DNA of 64,000 nucleotides from a virus (Duplodnaviria; Heunggongvirae; Uroviricota; Caudoviricetes): IMG/VR virus record IMGVR_UViG_3300029305_002265; one strand, 5' to 3'. Shown piece by piece: positions 9,036 to 18,370 of this stretch (position 1 is its first letter; each line of letters starts with the position of its first letter). The notes under the pieces were generated by a model. It saw only the letters and a program-made list of their open reading frames with translations, ran no database searches and was not told where the DNA came from. The position numbers and the translations under genes were made by a program.

Positions 9036-11018
9036 TTAATATAGTTTTCTAGATGTGTTGTTAATATCATTTTCAATCCATTTATTAATTTTCATTATAT
9101 CTTCGAAAGTTATAGTTTCAATAATATCATTGTTATAACTCCACCATGTGGTGCTATTAGCAATAGTGTTATTTACGAAAGCATTAATAGCTTCTTTTTT
9201 AGAGCCGACTAAAACTCGATACCCCTTACGTAATCCTATATGCTCTATGATTTTCAATTCTTCAAATTTATGAATTTGATCATAGAATTTTCTCGTACCT
9301 ATTGCAAATCCTTTTTCAACAGAAATATATTCGAATGCTCTACTTCCTATAAATTTATCTTTGTGTTCAAACATATAATCTATAAGGGCTTCGAATAGTC
9401 TGTTTTCTGTTCCTTTTTTATGAATTATTTGTCTAGAGCATGATTTATAAAGATCGCCCTTTAAGACAACATCAAGTCCCTGATCTTCATATACAACGAT
9501 ATGTTTTATAATTGTAGCTACTTGTTTTTTTGTTAATGTTTTAGTAGCAATGATATGGTCGAATATATTTCTTGCAGTTAGTAAATTGTCTTTAATATTT
9601 ATTTCATCAATTGTATTATCCACTAAATCATTTAATTGTGTTTCAAGTGATTTAATTTCATTTAGTTTTTCTCTTTGCATCATATCATATGTATCATGAA
9701 TCAGTTCCGCCATTGATGGATTTGCTATGGATTCTATCATTTTCTTTTCCATTATATATTTCAATGCAGCTTTCGCATCACTCAAGGACTTCTCTACACG
9801 AGTTATTGAACTTGTGTTGCTACCTCTTTTTTTATATTCTTCTCTTATGATGGCATCAAAATTGTCAATTGTTTTATCTAAATTTTCTCTGCAATGATCT
9901 AAAAATAAAATCAATGATTCTGTTATATTCTCTTCTAATATAGAATGACTTTTGCAGAATTTTATACCTTTCTTATTGTAGGTATTACAAATAAATCTTG
10001 TTTTCCCGCTACTGGTAGTTGGTGTTAATTTTTTGCCGCAGTCTGCGCATATTAACATACCTGAATATGGACTATTTCTATCAACTTTCTTTCCACGATA
10101 AGCATTAATAGACCTATCCGCCATTATTTCTTGAACAATATTAAATGTTGTTTTGTCAATTATTGGTTCATGTGCATTTTTGAAGACTAAATGCTCTTCT
10201 TTATCTAATTTAACTTTCTTTCCCCTAATAGATCTGCGCCTAGTTTTGCCCAAAGTAAGCGTGCCTATGTAAAATGTATTTTTTAATATATTTTGTATTG
10301 TATTATCATGCCATATATTACTAACTTTGCCACGATAAGGTTTTCCCATACTTTCGAGTCTTTGTTTGGTTAGCACGCTATATGTTGGGATTCCTTCTTC
10401 TGTCAATGCTAATGCAATCCTTCTTGTTCCCATTCCGTTTATATACATATCAAAAATTCTTCTAACATATATAGCCGCTACTTCATCAATATGATATTGT
10501 CCTTTTACTATAGGATCAATTACATATCCATATGGGACACATGAAATAAACTTGCCTTCTTTTTGCATAGCACGAATAGAGTCTTTAACTTTTCTGCTTA
10601 TTTCTTTTAGATAACGTTCTCCTAGCCATGAGTTTATATTCAGCATGTCGCTAGAATTTTCATCATCGCTATCATAATTGTCTCCAATTGCAATTAATCT
10701 TTTGTCATCTTTTTGAAGATTTTCTACAAATGTTAGCATCTGGCCACTATTTCTTCCAAGTCTGCTTAAGTCTTTTACAATAATAGTATCAACTTTATCT
10801 GCATTTAGATCATCTTTTAATTCATTAAATGCTGGTCTCTTACTGAATGAGAAACCAGATTCTCCATCGTCTATATAAAATTTTTCAATTTTGATATTAT
10901 TTTTTTCTGCATACTCAAGTATTATTCTTCTTTGGTTTGATATAGACGTACTCTCATCATTTCCGTCCTCTCGTGATAACCTTAAATATGCTACTACTAC
11001 TTTTGCTTTTTTGCTCAT
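9036..11018 (-). CDS. Large serine recombinase (660 aa)
   Basis: N-terminal resolvase catalytic domain (VVAYLRLSRED…DLSRLGRN), a large recombinase domain and a C-terminal zinc ribbon (CADCGKKL…CNTY). Confidence 0.85.
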   Translation of the reverse strand: MSKKAKVVVAYLRLSREDGNDESTSISNQRRIILEYAEKNNIKIEKFYIDDGESGFSFSKRPAFNELKDDLNADKVDTIIVKDLSRLGRNSGQMLTFVENLQKDDKRLIAIGDNYDSDDENSSDMLNINSWLGERYLKEISRKVKDSIRAMQKEGKFISCVPYGYVIDPIVKGQYHIDEVAAIYVRRIFDMYINGMGTRRIALALTEEGIPTYSVLTKQRLESMGKPYRGKVSNIWHDNTIQNILKNTFYIGTLTLGKTRRRSIRGKKVKLDKEEHLVFKNAHEPIIDKTTFNIVQEIMADRSINAYRGKKVDRNSPYSGMLICADCGKKLTPTTSSGKTRFICNTYNKKGIKFCKSHSILEENITESLILFLDHCRENLDKTIDNFDAIIREEYKKRGSNTSSITRVEKSLSDAKAALKYIMEKKMIESIANPSMAELIHDTYDMMQREKLNEIKSLETQLNDLVDNTIDEINIKDNLLTARNIFDHIIATKTLTKKQVATIIKHIVVYEDQGLDVVLKGDLYKSCSRQIIHKKGTENRLFEALIDYMFEHKDKFIGSRAFEYISVEKGFAIGTRKFYDQIHKFEELKIIEHIGLRKGYRVLVGSKKEAINAFVNNTIANSTTWWSYNNDIIETITFEDIMKINKWIENDINNTSRKLY

Positions 11019-11084
11019 TTCTATTACTCCTTTATCATTGTTACTTTATTTTATCATCATTGTAACATAAAAAAAGGAAAAGCA

Positions 11085-11258
11085 CTATGGGTTTGTTGCA
11101 GTTTTTATAAAATCATATAAGGTTTCTTTGAAATCGTAATTCCCACTTATTAATATATTTAATTTATCATTATTATTTTTATATTGTTCTCTAATTTGTT
11201 TAATGTCCTCAGCAGTCGTTGTAGCTGGGACAGAAATCATTATTATTCCATCTTTCAT
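11085..11258 (-). CDS. Small acidic hypothetical protein (57 aa) immediately upstream of the serine recombinase; candidate RDF/accessory factor. Not in the ORF track
   Basis: Hand translation gives MKDGIIMISVPATTTAEDIKQIREQYKNNNDKLNILISGNYDFKETLYDFIKTATNP*; RBS AAAGGATG lies 7 nt upstream of the ATG. Confidence 0.3.
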   Translation of the reverse strand: MKDGIIMISVPATTTAEDIKQIREQYKNNNDKLNILISGNYDFKETLYDFIKTATNP

Positions 11259-11329
11259 TATTGTGCATCCTTTTGTGTATATAATTTATGTATATTGGTT
11301 ATAATATAAATGACTTCACACGTCAGACA

Positions 11330-11380
11330 TAAAAAAATAGCAAAGTGGTTAACTGATTCGCCATTTTGCTATTTTGTTTT
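11330..11380. terminator. Bidirectional terminator (ATAGCAAAGTGG / CCATTTTGCTAT stem, flanked by an A-run and a T-run)
   Basis: 11/12-bp stem with a 12-nt loop; aaaaaaa lies 5-prime and tttgtttt 3-prime; located after the SleB-like gene (-). Confidence 0.5.
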
Positions 11381-11390
11381 ATAAAAAATA

Positions 11391-11951
11391 TTAAAGTTGC
11401 TCTTTATCTTTAATAAAATATCCAAAGTAAGTGTTATCTATTTTGGCATACCTAGTATACCCTTCCCATATGTCCGAGAAGCAATGTTCTGTCCTAAAAA
11501 ACATACAGTACTTAGGTAAAATTGAGCCAGATTTAAGGATATGATCAACTGCTACATAGTTTGTTTCTGTTGGTGTTGTCTTGTGTATTAACCCTGCTGG
11601 TGAAAACTGATATGGGGAATATATTACGCTTGCAATAGTTGAACCCCATCTACCATCAAGCCACCTATTAACAACTACTGAGGCAACGGCCATTTGGCAT
11701 TCAAGGTTTTCTGTGTTAGCCTCAAGATAAACTAATCTTGCTAACATTTCACGCTCTACTGAACTAATATTGTATTTATATGTAGGTTCTTTTTCTACCT
11801 CAACAATCTTTTCTTTTACTACCTCGACTTCCTTGATAACTTCGACTGTCTCTATTTTCGGCGGTTGAGCATCTATAAATAGGATTAATAAAATGACTAC
11901 TCCTATTAAACTTGCTATAACTTTTAAATATGTTTGTTTATCGTATTCCAT
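11391..11951 (-). CDS. SleB-like cell-wall hydrolase (Hydrolase_2 family) with an N-terminal signal-anchor and a short VEV/KE repeat linker
   Basis: The motif EREMLARLVYLEA…ECQMAVASVVVNRW…QFSP matches the SleB/cell-wall-hydrolase signature; N-terminal TM helix; paralogue of the next gene. Confidence 0.65.
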   Translation of the reverse strand: MEYDKQTYLKVIASLIGVVILLILFIDAQPPKIETVEVIKEVEVVKEKIVEVEKEPTYKYNISSVEREMLARLVYLEANTENLECQMAVASVVVNRWLDGRWGSTIASVIYSPYQFSPAGLIHKTTPTETNYVAVDHILKSGSILPKYCMFFRTEHCFSDIWEGYTRYAKIDNTYFGYFIKDKEQL

Positions 11952-11965
11952 TAATAATCACTCCT

Positions 11966-12015
11966 ATAAAAAAATAAGCGGCGAAAATTAATCCGCCGCT
12001 ATTCAATTTTATTTC
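11966..12015. terminator. Hairpin terminator (AGCGGCG / CGCCGCT) flanked by an A-run and a T-rich tract
   Basis: 7-bp GC stem at 11977-12000 with A8 upstream and attcaattttattt downstream; lies between the two SleB-like genes. Confidence 0.45.
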
Positions 12016-12620
12016 TTATCTTTTTCTAAATAACCGAAGTAGGTTCTGCCTATGACCTTGTATGGCTGATAGCCAGTCCACTTATGGTGGTAGTTGGCCC
12101 TAAAGTACAAAACATACTCGGGCAAAGTGCAACCATTCTTCAATACATAGTCAACGGCTTCGTATTGCGTTTCTGTTGGTGTTGTTGCTTTAATTTTGCT
12201 AGCTGGGCTAAATTGAGCTTTGGCATATATAACTTCCTTGATTGTATCGCCCCAATATCCATCCTGCCATCTATTGATAATAACCGAGACAATTGCCTTC
12301 TGACATTCTAGAGATTCGATGCCTCCCTCAAGATATACGAGGCGTGCAAGCATTTCGCGTTCTGCAGAGGTAACATTATAGGCATATGTAGATTCAATCT
12401 CTACAATTATCTCTTTTTCGACAACGACTTCTTTCTCAACAACAACTTCTTTTTCTACTTCGACTATTACTTCTTTTTCAATCTCGATCTCTTTAATGAC
12501 CTCGACCTCTTTGGTTACTTCTACTGGCACAAGCTTAATTTTTTCGGGCTTGGCCACTATTACAATCAGTAGTATTAAAACAACTATAATTAATGCGACA
12601 ATAGCTACATTCCGTTTCAT
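12009..12620 (-). CDS. SleB-like cell-wall hydrolase paralogue with a long (VEVxKExEV)n repeat linker
   Basis: EREMLARLVYLEGG…ECQKAIVSVIINRW…QFSP; N-terminal TM; low-complexity VEKE repeats encoded by DNA repeats at about 12395-12520. Confidence 0.65.
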   Translation of the reverse strand: MKRNVAIVALIIVVLILLIVIVAKPEKIKLVPVEVTKEVEVIKEIEIEKEVIVEVEKEVVVEKEVVVEKEIIVEIESTYAYNVTSAEREMLARLVYLEGGIESLECQKAIVSVIINRWQDGYWGDTIKEVIYAKAQFSPASKIKATTPTETQYEAVDYVLKNGCTLPEYVLYFRANYHHKWTGYQPYKVIGRTYFGYLEKDKK

Positions 12621-12668
12621 TTATTACTCCTTTAAATAAGCGACGAACTATTGCCGCTTTATGAAATT

Positions 12669-13370
12669 TTAGTTTAGCTTTGTGTTGCTTTCAATCTCTG
12701 CGCTTGTTGTCTTTGTTGCAACTGCATCATACACATCAGAAAGATTAAATGCACTATCCAAGGTTATGGTTCCAGAGATACCATTATCGCCCTTAACGCC
12801 TCTAAGAGAATTTGCTACACAGGACATCGTAGTATAAACATCACCGATTCCCTTGGAGGTATATGTGTATCCCGTAGCATAATCTTTTGCAATGCCAATA
12901 CTCTCCGCTTCTTTTACTGCGTCCATATTGGCACCAAGGAACATAAATTTCCATCCGTGACCATTGGTCTGATGTTTGATCATCTTCTCAATCTGGTTCT
13001 TGGTAAATTTACGGCTGGAGTTTTCTTCCCCATCCGTAGTGATTACAAAAAGTACCTCTTCTGGCTTCTCTGCGCCAAGTTCATCATGTCTATCCTGTAC
13101 ACGGTTGATAATTTCGCCAATAGCATCAAGCATTGCCGTCCCGCCGCCCGCAACATAGTCTGAATTTGTCATAGATTTGACCTCACGAAGATCTACGCCA
13201 TCGTGGAGAATTCTCCATGAAGTATCGAATAAAACAGTAGTTAATGTGGCCTTCCCGTCAACAGCCTTTTGACTTTCAATAAATCCGTTAAAGCCGCCAA
13301 TCGTGTCGCCTGCCAAATGACCCATCGATCCAGACTTATCAATTACAAAAATAATTTCTGTATTTTTCAT
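12669..13370 (-). CDS. von Willebrand factor A (vWA) domain protein; start moved to the internal ATG with a strong RBS
   Basis: MIDAS-type motif VIDKSGSMG; AAAGGAGAAATATAAAA precedes the ATG at 13370; avoids overlap with dut. Confidence 0.65.
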   Translation of the reverse strand: MKNTEIIFVIDKSGSMGHLAGDTIGGFNGFIESQKAVDGKATLTTVLFDTSWRILHDGVDLREVKSMTNSDYVAGGGTAMLDAIGEIINRVQDRHDELGAEKPEEVLFVITTDGEENSSRKFTKNQIEKMIKHQTNGHGWKFMFLGANMDAVKEAESIGIAKDYATGYTYTSKGIGDVYTTMSCVANSLRGVKGDNGISGTITLDSAFNLSDVYDAVATKTTSAEIESNTKLN

Positions 13371-13386
13371 TTTTATATTTCTCCTT

Positions 13387-13818
13387 TTAATTTGTTCCAG
13401 TAGATCCGAACCCACCAGAGCCTCGCTCCGTCTCATCTAACTTTTCAACTTCTTCAAACTCAAAAGAGTAGTATCTTTCAAGTGAAAGCTGAGCGATTCT
13501 TTCACCATCTTCAATGGTTTGTATTTCATTTGAATCGTTATGTAATGCCACCATATATTCACCCGTGTAGTCCTCGTCACAAATTCCAACACAATTTGCG
13601 GGTCTTAAACCTTTTTTGGTAGCAAGTCCACTTCTAGCATAAATCTTAAAACAATATCCCTCGGGCGGCTGAATAGATAAACCAGTAGGAATCAATCTAG
13701 TCTGCCCAGGAAGAATACTTGTTCCCTCGCATGCGTACAGATCATACCCTGCTGCCCTGTCACTACCCTGGGTGGGGATGCGAGCATTGTCTCTAAGTTT
13801 TACAAGTCTTACTTTCAT
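13387..13818 (-). CDS. dut: dUTP diphosphatase (dUTPase)
   Basis: Canonical dUTPase motifs AAGYDL, …RSGLA…, GxIDxDYxGE-like (CDEDYTGE), and a C-terminal GGFGSTG. Confidence 0.9.
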   Translation of the reverse strand: MKVRLVKLRDNARIPTQGSDRAAGYDLYACEGTSILPGQTRLIPTGLSIQPPEGYCFKIYARSGLATKKGLRPANCVGICDEDYTGEYMVALHNDSNEIQTIEDGERIAQLSLERYYSFEFEEVEKLDETERGSGGFGSTGTN

Positions 13819-13821
13819 ATC

Positions 13822-14073
13822 TTACACCTCATTAAATACCCAGTTCCACAGCGTACTAGTACCATTGGGTGTCTTGAATGTGAAACTTCCGTAATCTTCG
13901 ACATACTTGTTTCTCAGCTCCTCAAAATTCTCATATGCGTTGATTACTTCCTTGTAACGAGCATCCTTTTCGGCATTGAGTTTTTCAGCCTCGGCTTTCT
14001 TTCTTGCTTCGATCTCTTCTCCAAGAGCCTTATACTTTGCTTCAAGCTCTTCAATCGTAAGTTTCTTTTCCAT
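13822..14073 (-). CDS. Hypothetical coiled-coil protein (83 aa)
   Basis: ORF with the conserved leader/RBS motif upstream; no recognisable domain. Confidence 0.35.
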   Translation of the reverse strand: MEKKLTIEELEAKYKALGEEIEARKKAEAEKLNAEKDARYKEVINAYENFEELRNKYVEDYGSFTFKTPNGTSTLWNWVFNEV

Positions 14074-14104
14074 AATTAATCATCCTTTCAATCATTTTGT
14101 GTTG

Positions 14105-14317
14105 TTAATCTTCCACTTTGATAATCTTGTATTTGCCGCAGTGACATTCTGTTTCTTCACCTCTTGCGAGAGCTTCTCTGAATGCGAGACAAACACATTT
14201 TGTGGAATCGTCCCATACAAGAGCACAAGGGCAATATCCTCGCGTCTCTTGTAACTGCCTATTCACTTCAGCAATCAGCGATTTGTCATCGCCAAGTACT
14301 ATTTTATATTTAGCCAT
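14105..14317 (-). CDS. Hypothetical small Cys-rich protein (70 aa)
   Basis: ORF with CPC…C.C…C.C cysteine pattern; coupled to the downstream nrdG. Confidence 0.35.
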   Translation of the reverse strand: MAKYKIVLGDDKSLIAEVNRQLQETRGYCPCALVWDDSTKCVCLAFREALARGEETECHCGKYKIIKVED

Positions 14318-14808
14318 TATGATATCCTTTCTGCATATTGGTTGTCACTTGCCAATTTAATTCCCAAGATTGGATCGTAATGTGATTCTTGATTAGGAAT
14401 GAATCTTCCAAACTTAATGACTATATTTTTAGCATTTAACAAATATTTATATATCTCTCGGTTTTGAATTTCTTCTTTTGTATATCCAGTGTATATTACA
14501 ACGTCATCCTGCGTGGACACTCTAAGATAAGTAATTAATATTTGTAAGTCTTCCTCTGAGTCAAACGGCTCAAGCCCAGCCATAATTATTGCAGACGTAA
14601 TTGGGTTGTTTATGTATCTGCAAACAATGGTCTTGACTCCAATTGTTCTGTCGGGTGCTTGTGCGAGTGCACCATTTTGACACACTCGCATTCCGCACTC
14701 TCTCTCACATTTCCAACTACAACGAGGAAATCCTATTACCATAGATGGCTTCTTGTAACTTGTAAAATCTTCGTCACGAAGTTCCTTTATAGTAATATTT
14801 ATAGCCAT
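14317..14808 (-). CDS. nrdG: Anaerobic ribonucleotide reductase activating protein (radical SAM, NrdG-like)
   Basis: Cys cluster CSWKCEREC, GG(D/E)P-like AGLEPF, and a TGYTKEEI block resembling E. coli NrdG WTGYKLDEL; immediately downstream of nrdD. Confidence 0.65.
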   Translation of the reverse strand: MAINITIKELRDEDFTSYKKPSMVIGFPRCSWKCERECGMRVCQNGALAQAPDRTIGVKTIVCRYINNPITSAIIMAGLEPFDSEEDLQILITYLRVSTQDDVVIYTGYTKEEIQNREIYKYLLNAKNIVIKFGRFIPNQESHYDPILGIKLASDNQYAERIS

Positions 14809-14810
14809 CT

Positions 14811-16751
14811 TTAATCACCGATTACAGAAGTCTCACCGTACATAACCGCAGTATCATACCACTGTCTTGCAGAAAACTCCTTAAATCTTTCTTTGCTATA
14901 AGACTTGGAAGGTGTAAGGAAACCTACCACGCGCTGATATGTATCGCAAGCGTGCTCTCCGCATTCGGGGCAAATATCTGCATCTACAAAACCATGATGA
15001 TTCTTACATACATTAATCTTTGTGTTATAACAGAAGTAAATAACACCCTGACTTGCAATGTAATTAAGCATCTCCCACGCCATATCGGTATTGGGGAAGT
15101 TATTGTCGATATTGATGTGTGCGATTGCTCCACCCGAACACTTGTTATCAAGAATTGCACTGGTTCTAATCTTCTCATTGATGGTACACTTCTCAGTAAG
15201 AGGAATCCACTGATTACTATAAATGAAGTTGTCGTGTACATCAAAAAGAATATTGTCCTTGGCACAAAGCTTTACTGCTGCCTGCTCAGCAGGGACGCTT
15301 TCAATGTTAAATGAATATTCATCAGTAAAGCTATCCTTGGTTTCATTAAGAACGTCAAATATCTTTCCAGCGAAGCTCATTCCCTTTTCAGTATAAAACT
15401 TATTGCCAAACTCATCGGTTTCAATATATCCGAATTTCTCCAGAGTTTCGTAAAGGCCAAGAATACCTACGGTACAGTACTGCTTGTCCATCTCAACACC
15501 ACCATCGCAGTAGTTGGGAAGTAAACCCTTTTCGATATTTCTGCTAATAATATGTCTTACTCTATCAAGAGTTTTACAACAAAGAGTAGTCCTCTTCTTA
15601 AGAAGATTAAGATACTTCTTTTCAGATACTTCCTCGCCAAGTTCATAGAAGATGTGAACAAGGTTAATTGTGTTTACCTTAACAGAACCGATACTCAATG
15701 CCGTGCCGCCGATAGAGTTAATGAATCCTTTAAGCTTTGATGTATCGGAAAGAAGTCTACAACAGTTACTCAAGGTCGTAACATCTCCGCTTACAAAGAA
15801 ATTAGAATCATTCCACTTGCAGTTGTGGTCAGAGCACCATCTTGCAAATTCTTCATCTACAAACTTTCCATCCTTGTAAAGAAGCGAGTATGTGAGAACG
15901 GGGAAAGTGAACATATTTTCCTGCCTAATCTTAGACACCACTTCCATAAAAATCTTCTGATGTTCAATAAACTCATCGACATAGTCGATTGCAAATGTTC
16001 CATCGGGGAATTCAAGACCGCCAAAGAGAGCTTCGTAATACTCTCTATCAAAGATCGAAACATTAACAAATGCAGACTGGTCAACTCTCATAAAAGGCTG
16101 ATTAAGTCTATATATGAGTTTCTGAAAAGACTGTCTAATATAATAATCGGGGTTATTAATAATAAATCCACTCTCGCAGTCCTTTTTCCAGAAATAGTAT
16201 GTCCAAACAAGGATATTAGGAATACCAACTGCACCAGAGGATCTGTTACTCATAAAACTAATAAACTCAATTACATCATCAATAAATGTAGTAAGATGCT
16301 TGGGAGGCTGAGAATTATAATTCTTCAAGAAGAATAAACCTTCTGTTGCCAGTCTACTAAGGTCATATGCATAACAATAGGGTACATATGTAGTTGAAGG
16401 AAAGTCGTGAAGATAAAATCCTCCTGTATACTCTGTTTCAAGCCATTCCTTTGCCGTCTTCAATCCATACTTCTTTTTAATCTCATAAAAGATTTTGTTG
16501 GCCGCAATAACCTTGTCAATTGATTTACCCTTTTCGGTTCTAAACGATGCAATATCCTTGCTAGATGCATTGGCATTGGCATCAATGGTAACATCTGCCA
16601 CGTTCTTGTCTACAAAAGCATCAATAAAATCAGAGAAATTCATCTGAGAGCTATGAATGCCATTAAGGATTTCAAAATCTTCTCCATACTTTTCTCTTAA
16701 AGTTTCAAGTGCTCTTTCAAAGTCTTTATTAAATTTAAGTTCGATATCCAT
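14811..16751 (-). CDS. nrdD: Anaerobic ribonucleoside-triphosphate reductase (class III)
   Basis: 646 aa; C-terminal Zn site CPECGEHAC and glycyl-radical motif QRVVGFL; overall NrdD-like. Confidence 0.85.
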   Translation of the reverse strand: MDIELKFNKDFERALETLREKYGEDFEILNGIHSSQMNFSDFIDAFVDKNVADVTIDANANASSKDIASFRTEKGKSIDKVIAANKIFYEIKKKYGLKTAKEWLETEYTGGFYLHDFPSTTYVPYCYAYDLSRLATEGLFFLKNYNSQPPKHLTTFIDDVIEFISFMSNRSSGAVGIPNILVWTYYFWKKDCESGFIINNPDYYIRQSFQKLIYRLNQPFMRVDQSAFVNVSIFDREYYEALFGGLEFPDGTFAIDYVDEFIEHQKIFMEVVSKIRQENMFTFPVLTYSLLYKDGKFVDEEFARWCSDHNCKWNDSNFFVSGDVTTLSNCCRLLSDTSKLKGFINSIGGTALSIGSVKVNTINLVHIFYELGEEVSEKKYLNLLKKRTTLCCKTLDRVRHIISRNIEKGLLPNYCDGGVEMDKQYCTVGILGLYETLEKFGYIETDEFGNKFYTEKGMSFAGKIFDVLNETKDSFTDEYSFNIESVPAEQAAVKLCAKDNILFDVHDNFIYSNQWIPLTEKCTINEKIRTSAILDNKCSGGAIAHINIDNNFPNTDMAWEMLNYIASQGVIYFCYNTKINVCKNHHGFVDADICPECGEHACDTYQRVVGFLTPSKSYSKERFKEFSARQWYDTAVMYGETSVIGD

Positions 16752-16754
16752 ATT

Positions 16755-16958
16755 TTATTGCTCCTTAATCCAATCTGCTGCGTCTTTGAAGCCCATAACT
16801 ACTCCATCAACTTCGAGCTTCGGGGCCTCCAAAAAGCCCTTAGCTTTCATTACTTCGATGTCATTGACTGTTTCATAGCTAATCTTCTTCTGATCGAGCT
16901 TCATTTTAAGCACCTTGCATTTAGGGCAACCGTGCTCATAAAGAATTACTTTTCCCAT
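16755..16958 (-). CDS. nrdH: Glutaredoxin-like protein (NrdH-like), 67 aa
   Basis: CPKC redox motif in a thioredoxin-fold-sized protein adjacent to nrdD. Confidence 0.7.
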   Translation of the reverse strand: MGKVILYEHGCPKCKVLKMKLDQKKISYETVNDIEVMKAKGFLEAPKLEVDGVVMGFKDAADWIKEQ

Positions 16959-17569
16959 TCCTTATTCTTCCTTTCTATATCGTTAATAATATTTATCAAT
17001 TCGCCCCAATGATGGATGCGATGAATATCAAATGAAAAATCTTTTGTTTCGCTTCGATTCCATAATTGATCAAAACAAACTCTTTCGGCAAATGTCTGTG
17101 TCAAGTTATCAAGATTATCTTCCACCAGAACATCTACATTCAGCAACTGCTTGTTGTAAATCCGAATGAGATTATCTTTAGGCACAAACGGAAAATGCTC
17201 TCTGAGGAGATGCTCCTTCCAGCCGAGATTCCTTGAATCGCTTGCCGTAGCAACATATACTTCGTGCCCTTGTTCGACGAGAGTTTTGACTGTTCTAACT
17301 GCTCCTTTATAAGGCTGAAGGTCTCGATAAACATCTTCATCGCAGTAAAGCTCAAGAAGAGTATCTGCTATGTTTTGCTCGAAACTCTCGTATAGGCTGT
17401 AGGTTGTGACCTGAGACATGCCAAGATCTGCATTATTACGTTTATTGTAAACCTCAAGCACCTTTTCTAGAGTAGGAAACAAAGTTTCATCAAAATCCAA
17501 TACTATGCGAAGCATTATTTGTTTTCCTCCTGATGATTTTGCCACGCGCCCTCTATGTCGCATATCCAA
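16946..17569 (-). CDS. HAD-family 5-prime(3-prime)-deoxyribonucleotidase-like (NT5C-like) protein
   Basis: DxDxT motif in VLDFDETLF; size and motif order resemble NT5C-type nucleotidases. Confidence 0.5.
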   Translation of the reverse strand: MDMRHRGRVAKSSGGKQIMLRIVLDFDETLFPTLEKVLEVYNKRNNADLGMSQVTTYSLYESFEQNIADTLLELYCDEDVYRDLQPYKGAVRTVKTLVEQGHEVYVATASDSRNLGWKEHLLREHFPFVPKDNLIRIYNKQLLNVDVLVEDNLDNLTQTFAERVCFDQLWNRSETKDFSFDIHRIHHWGELINIINDIERKNKEWEK

Positions 17570-18093
17570 CGAAGCAGAGAGTAAGACTTCGGCAAGCTCA
17601 GATTTTTAATTGCATAGTCCCATTTTTCTTCTGCAACAAATTTTCTAAATTCCTGTCTCTCGGCAAAATCTCTTGTACGATACTTATATTTGTCATCTCC
17701 ACGTCTAATAGCTCGTTCCTCGCGAATGTCATCTGGACAGGAGATATATACCACCGCAAATCTAATGTCGGGCAAGTCGAGAGCCAATAGTCTATCGAGA
17801 GCTTCTGGGTTGATAGTATACAAATCTGAGCTATAAAGCTGCTCTATCGTGGAATAATAATAATTATCTGCAAGCTTAGTGTCTATGGCAATCTCGCCAT
17901 TTTCTTTTGCGCGAAAATATTCTGCCTCGTCTACAAAGATATGATCGATGTCAGATTCAGAGCGCTGAGCACGGGTAGTATATGACTGTAACGCAACTAG
18001 GTTTGTGCGTTCGCAAAGCTTTTTGATGAGAGAACTCTTGCCGCTATTGGTACGGCCAACCACGAGCACTACTACATGTTCTTTATTGTTCAT
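17515..18093 (-). CDS. P-loop nucleoside-monophosphate kinase, guanylate-kinase-like
   Basis: Walker A GRTNSGKSS; guanylate-kinase-like SYTTRAQR…DIDHIFV. Confidence 0.5.
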   Translation of the reverse strand: MNNKEHVVVLVVGRTNSGKSSLIKKLCERTNLVALQSYTTRAQRSESDIDHIFVDEAEYFRAKENGEIAIDTKLADNYYYSTIEQLYSSDLYTINPEALDRLLALDLPDIRFAVVYISCPDDIREERAIRRGDDKYKYRTRDFAERQEFRKFVAEEKWDYAIKNLSLPKSYSLLRWICDIEGAWQNHQEENK

Positions 18094-18097
18094 CGAC

Positions 18098-18370
18098 TCA
18101 TTCCCCCTCTAACATAAACACAACTATAGGAGCCATATCTCCCGCATAAGGAATCACTCTTAGCGTATTATATTCAATCCAGTCAATGGCTTCTTCTTCG
18201 GTTATTCCGTCATCTTCCATCAATTCTAACACCATCTTATGATAATCATATACCGCTCTGCCATCAGTTGTAACGGCAATTATTGAGTTATCGAATGCGG
18301 GCCGATCAAACACAATGGCATCTTCATCGAGTTCCATTCTTATGATGCTATTAATGCTCATTAGACTCAC
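18098..18370 (-). CDS. Hypothetical protein (90 aa)
   Basis: ORF only. Confidence 0.3.
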   Translation of the reverse strand: MSLMSINSIIRMELDEDAIVFDRPAFDNSIIAVTTDGRAVYDYHKMVLELMEDDGITEEEAIDWIEYNTLRVIPYAGDMAPIVVFMLEGE

